The position numbers were made by a program, and so were the translations under genes. A stretch of 60,595 bases of DNA, filler included, from Sphacelaria rigidula (Eukaryota): the NCBI GenBank assembly GCA_964200075.2. It is 7 parts of 7 records of this genome, joined end to end, with 100 filler letters (N's around TTAATTAATTAA, not from the genome) between each part and the next. Parts side by side here need not be neighbours in the genome. Positions count along the whole stretch, not along the records: positions 17,343 to 25,913 come from CAXNAA020010744.1; positions 26,014 to 34,584 come from CAXNAA020010745.1; positions 34,685 to 43,255 come from CAXNAA020010746.1; 4 more parts are not named here. One strand, 5' to 3'. Under the pieces are notes generated by a model that was not told where the DNA came from, ran no database searches, and saw only the letters and a program-made list of their open reading frames with translations. Numbering within the stretch: position 1 is the stretch's first letter; each line of letters begins with the position of its first letter. This document shows, piece by piece, positions 23,616 to 35,246 of this stretch.

Positions 23616-26013
23616 TGGCACCAAATTATTGATCGCCTTTTGGAGGAATGGTACTTGGTTTGGGACAGACTGAACACGGATAATACACTTTACAATACGA
23701 CCTACTGTCTGTTACCTAGGGTTTACCTGGACGCTCCGGGAATATAGAGCAAATACTACCGGAGAAACCCTCACGACTTCACACCCGCACTCAAAGTGCG
23801 GACAAAGTAAGTATCAGTTGTATATCTACGCTGGACTCAGCAGCAAGAAACAGTGAGCGTGCATCGTTCTGCACTGAACACACAGTCTACTGCATGCTAC
23901 TGGTGTCTCTACTTCGTGTTCCACAGCAACACTACAGTGTGAAGCTATGTTGGCAACACAAGAGGCACAGGCAGGCGGCGAAGATAGGCCACGAGTAAAA
24001 AGTACGCCATATGTGCCCACGTGATTCATGATTTGTGATCAAAATGATCCTCCTGGTCTGCAACAACTTCTGTGCAAACCGGATACACGTCACGTCAACC
24101 GCTGTCTGTGTCAAGTATTTCCTTGTGCATATGTTGATGTGCTGACCTCAAAAAAACACCACAACCACACCATCACCGGCTGATTCGCCATGTTCTGGAC
24201 GTGTGCTCTGGTGCTTGCGCGAGCAGCGAGGTGGCTGGTGTGGTGTGTGTTGTCGGGAAGACGGTTACACGTTACACGTCACGCCTGTTGGCCAATAGAA
24301 TCTCCTATTGAAAGTCCAAACAGAGCGAAACGCAACCATCGGACTTTGGACTGACTTTGCACTTCGGGGGAATTACAAAGTCGAAGTCCTGACCCGAATT
24401 TGATCTTCGCAAACACCGTAATTGCCCATCTTACAGTTTGCAACTAAGGTCAAACAGTGTGCAGTCAGAAAAGGTACGGACACGTGCCGAAGCGCGGTGC
24501 ACATGCAGGCAGCGGCAGCAAGCCCTTCGATTCAAATAGCTGCCGTGCGGCCGTGGCCCCCTTTCTTGGGTGATGATCTCTTGGGTGTATGTATGCCGGT
24601 ACGTCCCACAACAGGAGCGACGCTGAGATCACGGGATAATCCCTCTAGGTCGGAGCATTTGATGTTGGATTCGCGTGGGCGGTGACATGCTGTGCTCTAC
24701 ACATTCCTGCGAGGGGGACGGTTCGTTTGGTGAGGGCGCCGTGTGCTTTGAACTCAAGGTTCTCTTCAAATCCGTGGAACCACCGCGTGCTTTGTCGGAT
24801 CGACAAGGCGTGTTCGTTGACGGATTGACAAGGCGTGCTCGTTGTCGGATTGACGGGCAAAGCTCCAGGACGGCGGGTGATCGGATAGACTAAAAGAGAC
24901 TCGGGATGTTATGATCCTCAACACGCAGAAAAAAATGTTTAAAGGTATTCACTGCTCTGCGGCCCGCCCCGTCCGCTGGGGTAGGCCCACGCCTAACAGC
25001 GGTCTTAGCCCGCGAATAGACCACTGAACCGACGACAGAGTGGCAGGAAACGAGGTGAGAAATACGAGACCTAGTCTTGTGTCGCCGCGGGTCCTGAGTT
25101 TGGCCGATAGAAATCACGAACATCACGACCAACGTGACTTGTATCGCACCAAACCCGTCGGTAGAAACCACCCCCCTCGACTGCCCATGCTGGAGTGAGC
25201 AGGAGTCTACCACGGATCTTTAACCACGAAAGACCATTCAACAACAACGGTAGAGACACGAGCCCGAGCCTCGTATCCACGGGGAGCCTGAGTTGAACGT
25301 TAGGGAACACAGAGATCGCCAGATCAAGGTGTGCTTCACTTTGGAACAGTTTTGGCAGCTGCGTGTGGTTGAACCCTAAAGCCCTGGCATGGACCCCAGG
25401 GTTATGTAGCAGCGGAGACCGCAGTGGGGACAACCTAGGCAAGAGTAGAGAGGCTGTACACTACGTGGGTACGCATTCCAGATGCCGTGAAGGAGTAGAG
25501 ACGGACAGAGCAGGAGAGTCGCACCTGCCTGAGAACAAAGACAAGCACCGGGCTACCAAATACAGCCGGAAAGTCCACAACGCGATCATAAAGAAAGCAA
25601 AGCTAAAGAGAAGAAAAAAAAAGGAGGATGTTGATCGTGTGATTTCACTCATGGTAAATGTAAGATCCAGGATACTATCACGAGACTATCGGAAGAAAAT
25701 GTGGTGGATTAACCGATGGGAAACGGTACTGGTGATTTCCAGAAATGGTACTGAGAACGACAGTTCGAATCGATTCTCGGAATGTTCTGGAAAGTGTTGG
25801 TTCTTACTTTTGTTTTCGAATGATCCGGAAACGACGGGGAGTTGTATTGTGGTATGCGGTATGTTTCTGCGGGATAAAACAGGAGATATTTGCCGTAGGT
25901 AGAGAAGGATTCTNNNNNNNNNNNNNNNNNNNNNNNNNNNNNNNNNNNNNNNNNNNNTTAATTAATTAANNNNNNNNNNNNNNNNNNNNNNNNNNNNNNN
26001 NNNNNNNNNNNNN

Positions 26014-26300
26014 TTTCTGCTTACTGTCTAATGCATGAAACGATTTCATGCCACCTTCGTTCACGTCCCGTATTTCCCCCTCTGGCACGTCTCGTTCCTC
26101 CTTGTATAGTTCACAGTCTGCCACTACATGACTTCTGCTCTCTGTTGCTTTGCCACATAGGCAGTTCTGTCCATCTACTTCCTCGTCCTTTCGACTACTG
26201 GTATACCTCTTCTTTCTGACAGGTCTAGGTCCCCCACCCGAAATCGCAGCTTCATGTGCAAGCACTACCCCGAGAGGAAGACTATTCAACGTAGAGCGAC
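26014..26300 (-). mobile_element. LINE ORF2 C-terminal fragment with a CCHC motif
   Basis: RKKRYTSSRKDEEVDGQNCLCGKATESRSHVVADCELYKEERDV..GGMKSFHALDS. Confidence 0.8.
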
Positions 26301-27329
26301 GGTACGATTTAATCTCGTGTGTTCTGATTGCCAAAAAAAAACATGAAGTCGATTCAATTTTCAAGTAAAGACGATGCCGATTACACGAATGAAGAGTGGT
26401 CGAGATTGATGACGGTACCCCTGATGGTCGAAGCAGTCACTGAGACGTGGACACAGGAAATTAAACGGAACGCATCGCAACGCCATCAATGCCCTAACGC
26501 CATGCAAAACACCGCGCGGAAAGCAACTGTACTCCAAACTCAAGCAGGAGCAGAAGCCACTCTCATGTCCAGTGCAATGCGAGTGCAATTTCAGGGGTAT
26601 CAGCGAAAATATATACTTTCAAATCGATTGAAGATAAAATGCTGACTTTTGAGAGCTTTGATGAAAAAATTACACCGAAAGGTACGTACTCTGACACCTA
26701 GCCAAGGCGTAGTGCTGGTTCATGGGGCGTCAGAGCAAAATGACACCTGTCTGCAGGAAAAGGCAAACAACGAAAATACGTATGGTCCTCTAAAACCTAG
26801 TAGAGGCGAAATGCTGGTCTGTGAGCTCGACGGCGAAATGACACCCGTCTCCAGGGAAGAGATTTGAGGGAAATGATAACCGCTATATCTGTCATGCACG
26901 TATTGATACTACCGAGGAGAAGGTACTGCACTGTATTGCACCATCAGCCTTTGTGTGTTTCAAAAATAGGCGAGGGATTTCGGTGCACGTGTGATCTCGT
27001 ACATACGGAACAGGCCGGTACAGAGATGGTCATCACCTTTTGTTGCTCGCCTATAACGACATGGCAAGAGCAGTCTGAACAGCGTCGGTATGTCTGTCTG
27101 TGCCGCTTTAGAAACGACGGCAAGTAATCCACAAGATCACCTGCAACAAAAATTGTGAAACTTTATCGATTTGATCCATGATCTCACATCAACTGAACCG
27201 CTACGAATCGAGCTGCCGTCATGATATTTAGACATGCTCAAGATACGAACACAGGAAAAACTCACCGGAGGAAAAAAGGAGAAAAACGACATACATCGAC
27301 TTGTATTCACAGCAAACTGTAGATCATAC

Positions 27330-27473
27330 CCTGAGAGTCTCTGACATCGCCGCGAGGCTTTCCGAGAGAAGCGCCGATAAATGCTCCGGCAGGGGACGCG
27401 CGGGGTTGATCCCCTCCCTCTGAGAAGACGGTGTGACACCGCGAAGCGCCGCGAGAAAATGTGATCTTGTCAC
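27330..27473 (-). CDS. ATAD2: ATAD2/Yta7-like AAA+ ATPase exon (last visible)
   Basis: cag|VTRSHFLAALRGVTPSSQREGINPARPLPEHLSALLSESLAAMSETLR|gtatg. Confidence 0.82.
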
Positions 27474-27651
27474 CTGCAAATCAAAAATGAGGGGTTGTAG
27501 GCACGTGCGCGGGGTCAGGGGTGATCACGAGTGGCGAGCGGGGCGAGGAACGGGCGGGGAACCAAGGAACGGTATCGGGTCTTAGTCCTGGACGCTTGCT
27601 TGAAAAACGACTGAAACTGCGGCTGCCCACTTTTGCTACGCTCATGTTCAC

Positions 27652-27712
27652 CTTGATGGCCTTGTTGTCCAGCAAGAGCTTTTCGTCTGACTCGTAAATC
27701 TGGGGGTATCGC
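27652..27712 (-). CDS. ATAD2: ATAD2/Yta7-like exon
   Basis: RYPQIYESDEKLLLDNKAIK, the ATAD2-typical RRYPQIY motif. Confidence 0.9.
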
Positions 27713-28364
27713 CTGTGTGGGCGGCCCACGCGCACGCGGAGTGGAGAGGCACCAATATGCGCGTCGATGTACGTCCGCAACGAGAGGGAAGGGACGGAGC
27801 ACGCAGATAGACGAGCAGGTGGCCATGCAAGACGCAGAGACAGAGAGAGGAAAGAAAGACCAGCACACCAGCCGATAGGGATAATAACAGAGACACAGAC
27901 AGGCAGGCAAGCAGTCAAACAAATAGCGCGAGGAATGTAAGCGGAAACTGAGGAGGGGGGGGGTTGACGGTGCATGAGACGGGTTCAGGCCGGATGCTGA
28001 CATACGCAGTACGTCGCACACCACCCCAAAACTACAGCATTTCGGACAGGACAAGAGAGTTCCGTCAAGAGGTATGACGTGCAACCAAGTCATGGCTTTG
28101 TTCACTCCCGCACCCTTTTGCTGCAGTCACAGCAATGTAATACACAGCAGTAGCGGCATCACATTTATGGACTTTGCGTGGATTTTGGATCTCGGCACGC
28201 AGCAGTGCCAACATGATCAGTCCATCATTTTATTCATGTTGTCCGCTCTCTTGATGACAAATGCCCACGGTCTTTGGCCAACAAACGTCATGCCCCGCGC
28301 GATTCTTGTTTCTGGCGCGTGTGTGCGTTTGTGTTTGGGTTCCCACCGAGATTATACCACGTGC

Positions 28365-28450
28365 CTTCTCACTGCCAACAAGGTGGCCTCCGAGCACAGA
28401 GCTTTCATGTCCGCGCCGCAGTACCCTGCCGTTTTTTCCGCCAGCTCGTT
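28365..28450 (-). CDS. ATAD2: ATAD2/Yta7-like exon (GC donor)
   Basis: NELAEKTAGYCGADMKALCSEATLLAVR(R), AAA lid region; phase requires an AG|GCACGT donor. Confidence 0.88.
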
Positions 28451-29195
28451 CTGTCGCACATAAAAAAAAGCAGCAAGGTTCCGTCCAAATGATTATCCTC
28501 TGGGAGTAATTTTCAAGCAACATTGATCAATCACCACAATATATATTACCAAAAGCGCAGACAGTTGAGCGGGTCGCAAAAATAGTAATGGACATGAAAT
28601 AATCTCAGTACATCCTCTGCTGTGAAGTGCAGGAATGATACGACATCCCAATGCCATATACGTGCCCATCTCCCAGCAACAAGGTATGCATTGACCGTAC
28701 TAGGTACCGGGGCTAGGACGATCAAACCAGCACAGGTTTTGGTCCAGAAAAAGTGCAACTTCCCACATGTTGCCTCAAAAGATCACAATTGAACACTCGG
28801 CAATAACGCCAAAAGATGAAAAAAAAACACCACGTTCGTCCCCAGTTCCCACAAGCAAAATGTATGGAGGTGTAGCTTTTTCTAGACCGACCAAAGCCCA
28901 ACAAGTATCGTGGTGGAAAATCGATTCGTTCCGCGTGGCACACACATATCTTGTTTCGGCTCCACGAATTTTTTAATTACTACGTGCAGAGGAAGCTCGT
29001 CCCTGAGATCCATCACACATCACATACATTCTCGCGCGTGGGCAAGTCAGTACACTAGCCAGCCTCACGCTGAATGCGTCACGCAGCACCAAAAACAAAC
29101 TGCTGCTGTGCGAAGTTCCCCCTTGTTCTCCCGGCCTACTACGTGCGTTGTCGTCCCTACAGACTCCGCCTCATCTATTTGTAGATGCCCCCTAC

Positions 29196-29366
29196 CTCTA
29201 GTTCAGTGCTCATGGGCGGCTGCCACTCCTTGGTGTGCACTCGGATAATTTCTCTACGTGCTCTCCGCGTGGGCAGCGGAAAAGCCAGCTCTCTGTCGAA
29301 TCTACCGGGCCTGCGCAGGGCAGGATCAAGGCTGTCCGGTCGGTTGGTAGCTCCGATAACGATGAC
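29196..29366 (-). CDS. ATAD2: ATAD2/Yta7-like exon (second region of homology)
   Basis: [32 protein letters not shown]... Confidence 0.95.
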
Positions 29367-29805
29367 CTGGAAAAAGGCGGGGGAAGGCGCATACAGGACC
29401 CTGAGGATCGAGAGTGATATCTCGTGGGGATCTATTTTTTTTTTGCAACCGTAGTACCAGTCCTTTTATTCAGACCCCGCAGTCCAAAGGTACTGCAAAG
29501 TTCTCCAGCAAAGCCACGGACAAAAACGTCAATCCTCGGGTGGGGAGTATCTCACCAAAAAGCGAAATTTGCAAGTGACCCGTACAGCACTTTTCCCATG
29601 CCTCAAGGATACATCAAAATAAAAGACCCGCATAGTGAAATCACGGAGCAAAGGTATGCTAGCTACCCAACCAGGATAGTTGTTATAGCAAGCTGCCTGA
29701 TAAAGGGGGTGAACCCTCCGAGGAAACTATTCGGGAGACCGAGGTTGCAGGGCCGTGGGAACCGCAGGAATGTGCTTTCTCCGCATCGATTTTTTCTTCT
29801 TTTAC

Positions 29806-29934
29806 CTGACCCCTGCTGTCCAGACCGTCCATGAGCGCGAGCAGGGTGGACACAACGGAGGCGTGAATCTGATCCTGCTTCACGCTGCGAACCGGTGCCA
29901 ATCCGTCGATTTCGTCGAAAAATATAATGGACGG
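29806..29934 (-). CDS. ATAD2: ATAD2/Yta7-like exon (Walker B)
   Basis: PSIIFFDEIDGLAPVRSVKQDQIHASVVSTLLALMDGLDSRGQ. Confidence 0.96.
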
Positions 29935-30650
29935 CTGCGCGAAGCACGGTGCAAATGCAAGTGTAAAAGCAACAATACGGCCAGAACAAACAATCGAAGA
30001 CAGGTAAAAACAAGGGAAATAAAAAAACACGAACAAATAACAAAAGAAACGTCCTATTAGCATGTCAACACGTGAAAAAGACAACACGCCCACTCTGGCC
30101 AAATCTAGGTTTTTCCTTCACGTGCGTTTTCAAAGCTCTCCGTGTGTTTCGATCTTGATCTCGGTATGGACAAAACATGGTGAAGAAGGATTTTTGGCGC
30201 GTGCATGGAGCAGAGACCCACCTACCTCTTTTCAACACTGAGTTCATCATTCCTTCCCACCACTATTCTCAATGCGAATTCCCGCTGATTCTCTGGCGAC
30301 ACCGCAATTGTCACTTGGAACTTGTTCGAAACTTACTGCGGTTTTACTACTCCTCTCCGCGTCAACCTCACCCCCCCCCCCGCCCTCCCCCAACCGCCTC
30401 CGCCCCACAACCAACAAGGACTTGTGGGAGATCGCACGTCCGTACTGTGGATTTTGGGGCTCGTTCGATGGGCAGTGATTCGGAATTTGGCGTTGGTACA
30501 CTTTTGTGGCGCATGTACGACATGCGTCCCCGGGTCCCTTCTCTCTTCCTCCACTATCCTGCCCCCCTGCCCCTTCCAGCTCTCCTGGCACTGCACACCC
30601 CACCCCACCCCCGCGATTCTCTCCCGTTCATCCTTTTTTTCTCCTCTTAC

Positions 30651-30794
30651 CTGGTGTCGTCGGGCCTGCTCAAATAAAAGCCTCAGCTGACGCTCCGCTT
30701 CGCCCACCCACTTCGACAGACAGTCCGCGCCCTTGCGCATGAAGAAAGAGATGCGGTGGCCGGTTTTGCTACAGGCGTTGGCCAGCGCTCGCGC
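30651..30794 (-). CDS. ATAD2: ATAD2/Yta7-like exon
   Basis: ARALANACSKTGHRISFFMRKGADCLSKWVGEAERQLRLLFEQARRHQ; FFMRKGADCLSKWVGE is characteristic of ATAD2/Yta7. Confidence 0.96.
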
Positions 30795-31459
30795 CTTTGC
30801 GACATTGAAAATGAAAAGAACAAAGAAAAATTGTCTGTCACACATGATGATTGTCATCGGCATCACTGAATATCAGCATCATCATGTTATCATCTAGTAT
30901 CACCGCCGTTATCACTCGCCATGTGAAATAAATATCAGTATGACAGTAACAATTCCGTAGCGGACCGACCAGCGTGAGCACACCATGCCCGTTGAGCACC
31001 CGTCCAAAACATTACACCCCCCATGCCGAAGCCCGCTTCTTGAGGTGTTCACGCCCCATTCCACCATGCATATGATACTCTACAGGTTTCAATACAGTCG
31101 ATCTAGTTCGAAAATAATGAAGGCTGCAAGAATTATTCGAACTCAACACTTTTGTGCAAGCAAGGCACCAACAGCCATCACGCAGGATGCCCCGCTCCAC
31201 AGGACATCCTGCCACGCCGACCACGACCCGACGGTCAAACCAGTGCATCAACATCAACACTACTGAGTGAACATGAAAACGCAACAAAGCGAAAAAACAG
31301 GGAAGGTGATGAAGTGTCGGCGGCGGGTGAGTTCAGGAGTACTGTTCCAATGCTCAATAGTGGAAGTACAAGGCAAGTATTGTACCCGGGAAGAGGTGGG
31401 ATGGTTGGTCTCCTGAGACTACCGACTCATCCTACGGAGGGGGAAGCTGGCGGTGGGGG

Positions 31460-31690
31460 ATCGTGTGTGTTGTTGTCCCATCTATTCTGGACGCCAGTCT
31501 ACACCTTTCGGTATACGTGGGCGCACCAGCCGGGGTCACACAAGAGGAAGGTCAACACACGAGCTTTTCCTTTTTTTTCATTTGTTTCCGGTACACCACC
31601 TTCCTTCTGCGGTGCTTGGCCTTTATTTTTTTCCGTGAGAGGGGTTCAGCAGTCTCTTTCCGTCGTCGACCGTTCGGTCGAATTTTAGTG
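31460..31690 (-). mobile_element. 5'-truncated copy of the tRNA-derived SINE, in an ATAD2 intron
   Basis: tattctggacgccagtctacacctttcggtata..agccggggtcacaca.gaggaaggtcaacac matches 59081-59300. Confidence 0.8.
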
Positions 31691-31898
31691 GTTTGCTTAG
31701 CTGACAAGAGTGAATGATACGAACAAGAAAGCAAGAAGCCCAAACATGAAATTTTGGACGAAAAGTAAACGAAGTTTCGAGGAAAACATCATCCGCTTAT
31801 GATGCTCAAGGGCCAAAATCCCACCTCTGGGAGATGACCTGGCAATGACATGGATCTATCTGAAGAGGTAAGTGGATTCAAAAACGGCACGAAAAACT

Positions 31899-31931
<33 letters not shown>

Positions 31932-31998
31932 GTATTAACCGTAACCGGCGGCGTTACCAAGTCAATACTGTAACCCAGTAGCTGATTGAATGTCTCAC

Positions 31999-32130
31999 CG
32001 TGAGAGTTTTCCCCGTTCCGGGTGGGCCGTAAAACAGCACCCCCTTCGGAGGCTGCGCTCCGAAGCCCTGGAACAGCTCCGGGTAGACGAGGGGAAGCAT
32101 CACCATCTCCTTTAGCATACGCACGTGTTT
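31999..32130 (-). CDS. ATAD2: ATAD2/Yta7-like exon (Walker A)
   Basis: [44 protein letters not shown]. Confidence 0.96.
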
Positions 32131-33315
32131 CTGTGGAGCGAGGCGCCCGTTTGTTTGGACACATTGGATTTGGTGTGTCAAGGTATAGACGGTGGGCGGT
32201 GGGGGGCGGGGGAGGATGAATGCGTTCCAAACATCATTCCGGTATGGAGAGGCGTCGACATAATCTTCGGGATCCTGCGTGGTGTGCATCATAAATTTGA
32301 TTGATGAAGCGCTTGATTGATTGACTCATCCACCACAAATCCAGCCGTCGTCACATGATGGGCGAATCTAACAAATACACACTGAACAATCTCAATATAC
32401 ACAGCTTTTCATGCCAGGAAAAAGACCGCAACAGAAGCCACCATCATACCATCACCCCATAAGCGACGAAACACGGCAATCTCGTTAAATCCCGTCATAC
32501 CATAGGCGACATAACACGACAATCCTCTAACTTCACGAACTTCGAACCACGCAACATGCGCACAACCGGCCAGACCATAAAAAATGTAAACCCAGAGGTC
32601 AGCTCTTGCAGCGGCGGCATAAACGAAACCGAGCCAAACAGGTGCCAAAGCGCTGTGCCGGTGTACTCTTCCTTCCTCTGCTTACAAACTCTCTCACCCC
32701 TGTGGTCCACTTGGGCTTCGTTTTCAGATGATGTCTGTCTTCTACGCATGAGCATCGTCCAGCCGTACAGCAAGAGTAGAGTACCACAAATGCATCGATG
32801 GAATACCAAAACATCTTCTCCACCCCGTCCAGGGATGAAGGGGTACGCACGAGTAAAGTGAAACAAGCCCAGTTTCAAACCAGTCTCGTCGCACACGGGG
32901 GTGGCGAAGTGACAGAATTTGCGTGGGAAGCCACCAAGTTTGCCGACGGACCGATTTTTTAAGAATGAGTGGTCCGGTACAGATCCAGCACGCTCACGAG
33001 ATGGACGTGTGTGTCCAAGGTAGAACGGAAACACATGAGTGCCATAAAAAAGGCCGAATGGGGTTGTGTACCGAACTGTTTCCCCTCATTGTTGTGCCAA
33101 GCTCAAAGCAGTCTACCGTAAGGGATGGCAAATTGTACCGTGGGTCTTGCGACCAATGCTGTTGTCAGTCAGACGGCGCAGTCGCACAGAGCGAAAAACA
33201 GGCCTCTTTAGCAGTATCAGAACTACGGGTACCCAGTCTCGACCCCCCCTTGCCCCTCTATCTGAGTTTTTACCCTCCCGTTCCCCCCGTCTCCCACCAC
33301 CCTCCGCGCGCTTGC

Positions 33316-33504
33316 CTTCCCGCCTCCGATGGACTCAAACGTCACGCTCGAGTCGATCTCCATGGGACTGACATCAGCTCGCAGAAGGTCCTTAGCGCTG
33401 GCTTTGTCCACTATGCTGCCTTGTCCCCCACCACCGCCTCCCCCGCCTACATTGGGACCGAAGGAGTTGATCGGTTGGATGGAGCCCAGCTCGCGTTCAT
33501 GCGT
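33316..33504 (-). CDS. ATAD2: ATAD2/Yta7-like exon (GC donor)
   Basis: THERELGSIQPIN...DLLRADVSPMEIDSSVTFESIGGGK|gcaag; ADV.PM.ID..V.F.SIGG precedes the AAA domain. Confidence 0.88.
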
Positions 33505-34193
33505 CTGAGGTTAGCGGCGGGGGCGGCGGGGGGTAAAATCTTCGTCACAACAAAATATTGATGTGCTCGATAGGGAGCATAGTATTGGTGCACAGGCCAA
33601 GTAGCTTCGCCGAACATGAAGTCTGGGACAAGCTTCAAGTCCCGAATCACTGGGTGTACGCTTGGAGATCGATTGAATAAATGAATTTCGGGTAATTCAC
33701 AACAACCAAGTCTACCTGAAAAGGGATAGGGGCAGGACGGAGCGTGCGCGGCGGCGCGTGCGGGGCGGGGGGTATGAAAGGCTGGAGATAGGGGGCATAG
33801 GGAGACCGGGCGGAGGATGAGGAGTAGCGGAGTGAGAAAGTTCATATTTCGGGTGGTGAATATGGACGCACGCCAATTTTGTTTTTTCACCTATTTTCTT
33901 GCTGAGCTACGCTTGACCAACTGCTGGAGGAGAAGGCATCAACGGAACAGAACAGAACAGTGAAACTTGGTCCTCATATGTTTGTTTCTTTCATCACAAG
34001 CTCGTATTGCTAGGAAACGGCGAGAATTCCCCTCACACACATATCACCCACGCATACATCCCCCTACATTCCCCTCACACAATCGAGTGTCAATCTCGAA
34101 CGGAGTCCCTCAGCAAAACAAAACACCCGCGACACACTCACAGACGAAGACGGACACACAGACACGCACACCGAAACGTAAACCATCTCTCAC

Positions 34194-34389
34194 CGTCCGC
34201 TGATAGTGCTCGAAGCCCCTGTCGTGGTCCCCGAAGCTACCGCTCGCAGGTCCACCGCCCTCGTCCGAGCTCTCGCTGGAAGAATCGAAGTGGCGTCGCA
34301 GGCCGCTGCGGTGGTGTCGGCTGCCGTGCCGCCTACCGCCGCCGTGCCCCCCGCCGCTACCGCTGCGCTTGCGCTTGCGCATCGGCACC
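34194..34389 (-). CDS. ATAD2: ATAD2/Yta7-like upstream low-complexity exon
   Basis: cag|..PMRKRKR..RRHFDSSSESSDEGG..RGFEHYQRT|gtgag; in phase with the next exon. Confidence 0.75.
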
Positions 34390-34453
34390 CTGCTTTGAGT
34401 TGGGGTGAGTGTTTGTGTTTAGCGGTCGTGCCGACAAACATGGCATGAGGAAT

Positions 34454-34584
34454 GGGGGGGCGTGCCCATTTGTTGCTTGCCTTAGCCATTTTACCGTTGA
34501 CCACGCATCCCTTCCGAGACGGATGGGAGGGGGGTGTACTCATGATCATGGATGCCATAGTCACTAGACCATTGACCTCGCATC
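34454..34584 (-). mobile_element. Two abutting LINE 3' ends (34454-34522 and 34525-34584), each running into a C-rich tract
   Basis: Minus strand SRKGCVVNGKMAKASNK and CEVNGLVTMASMIMST, each followed by a C-run. Confidence 0.7.
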
Positions 34585-34684
34585 NNNNNNNNNNNNNNNN
34601 NNNNNNNNNNNNNNNNNNNNNNNNNNNNTTAATTAATTAANNNNNNNNNNNNNNNNNNNNNNNNNNNNNNNNNNNNNNNNNNNN

Positions 34685-34768
34685 GTCTCGAAAGGGATGC
34701 GTGGTCAATGGTCAAATGACTAAGGCAAGCAACAAATGAGTACGCCCCCCCCCACCCCCTCCCCCCCG
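34685..34768 (+). mobile_element. LINE 3' end with a C-rich tail
   Basis: gtctcgaaagggatgcgtggtcaatggtcaaatgactaaggcaagcaacaaatga-gtacg-C-run. Confidence 0.78.
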
Positions 34769-34931
34769 CCGCCAAGTTCTTAGTCTCACTGACTGTGGTC
34801 TTGCATGGATGATACGATAGTGAAGATTCCCTGTCTGCCCGATCATCAAACGGGGTACGACGCCTTGAACTAAATTGAATGCCCCCTGCCCCCCGCCCCC
34901 GCCCGCTTCCTCGTGCTCAAACGCCTAGAGT

Positions 34932-35246
34932 TCACGTCGCTGTTCCTTTCCTGGCCTTGAGGTACTCCTCGAATGTAGGCGCCGCCGAAATGGACTTGCG
35001 GGGGTCATCGTGGTCCAAAAGCTCGGGATCGCGCGTATCCGCCATGCCACCCACGCCCCGCACGACAGTGTCAGCATTTTCTTCCTGCTCCGCCACCATC
35101 ACTACTTCCTCTGCTACGGATTCCGCGTTTTGGTCATCTCCCACAACGGGTTGAGCCGTGGATGCGGGTGCCTCTTCCTCGGGCACGGCTTCTTCGTCCT
35201 GTGGCGCGTCCACGCTCTCGTCGGCGTCAGCATCGTCATCAGGCTC
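34932..35246 (-). CDS. Probable terminal coding exon of an unknown acidic protein
   Basis: tag|EPDDDADADESVDAPQDEEAVPEEEAPA...APTFEEYLKARKGTAT*; GC-rich coding-like codons; possible small upstream exon ~35305-35355. Confidence 0.55.
   Translation of the reverse strand, partial: EPDDDADADESVDAPQDEEAVPEEEAPASTAQPVVGDDQNAESVAEEVVMVAEQEENADTVVRGVGGMADTRDPELLDHDDPRKSISAAPTFEEYLKARKGTAT

Noticed and set aside
34194-35246. Joining the acidic exon (34932-35246) to the ATAD2-like gene
   Set aside because: They are separated by an artificial linker, and the acidic exon ends in a stop codon.
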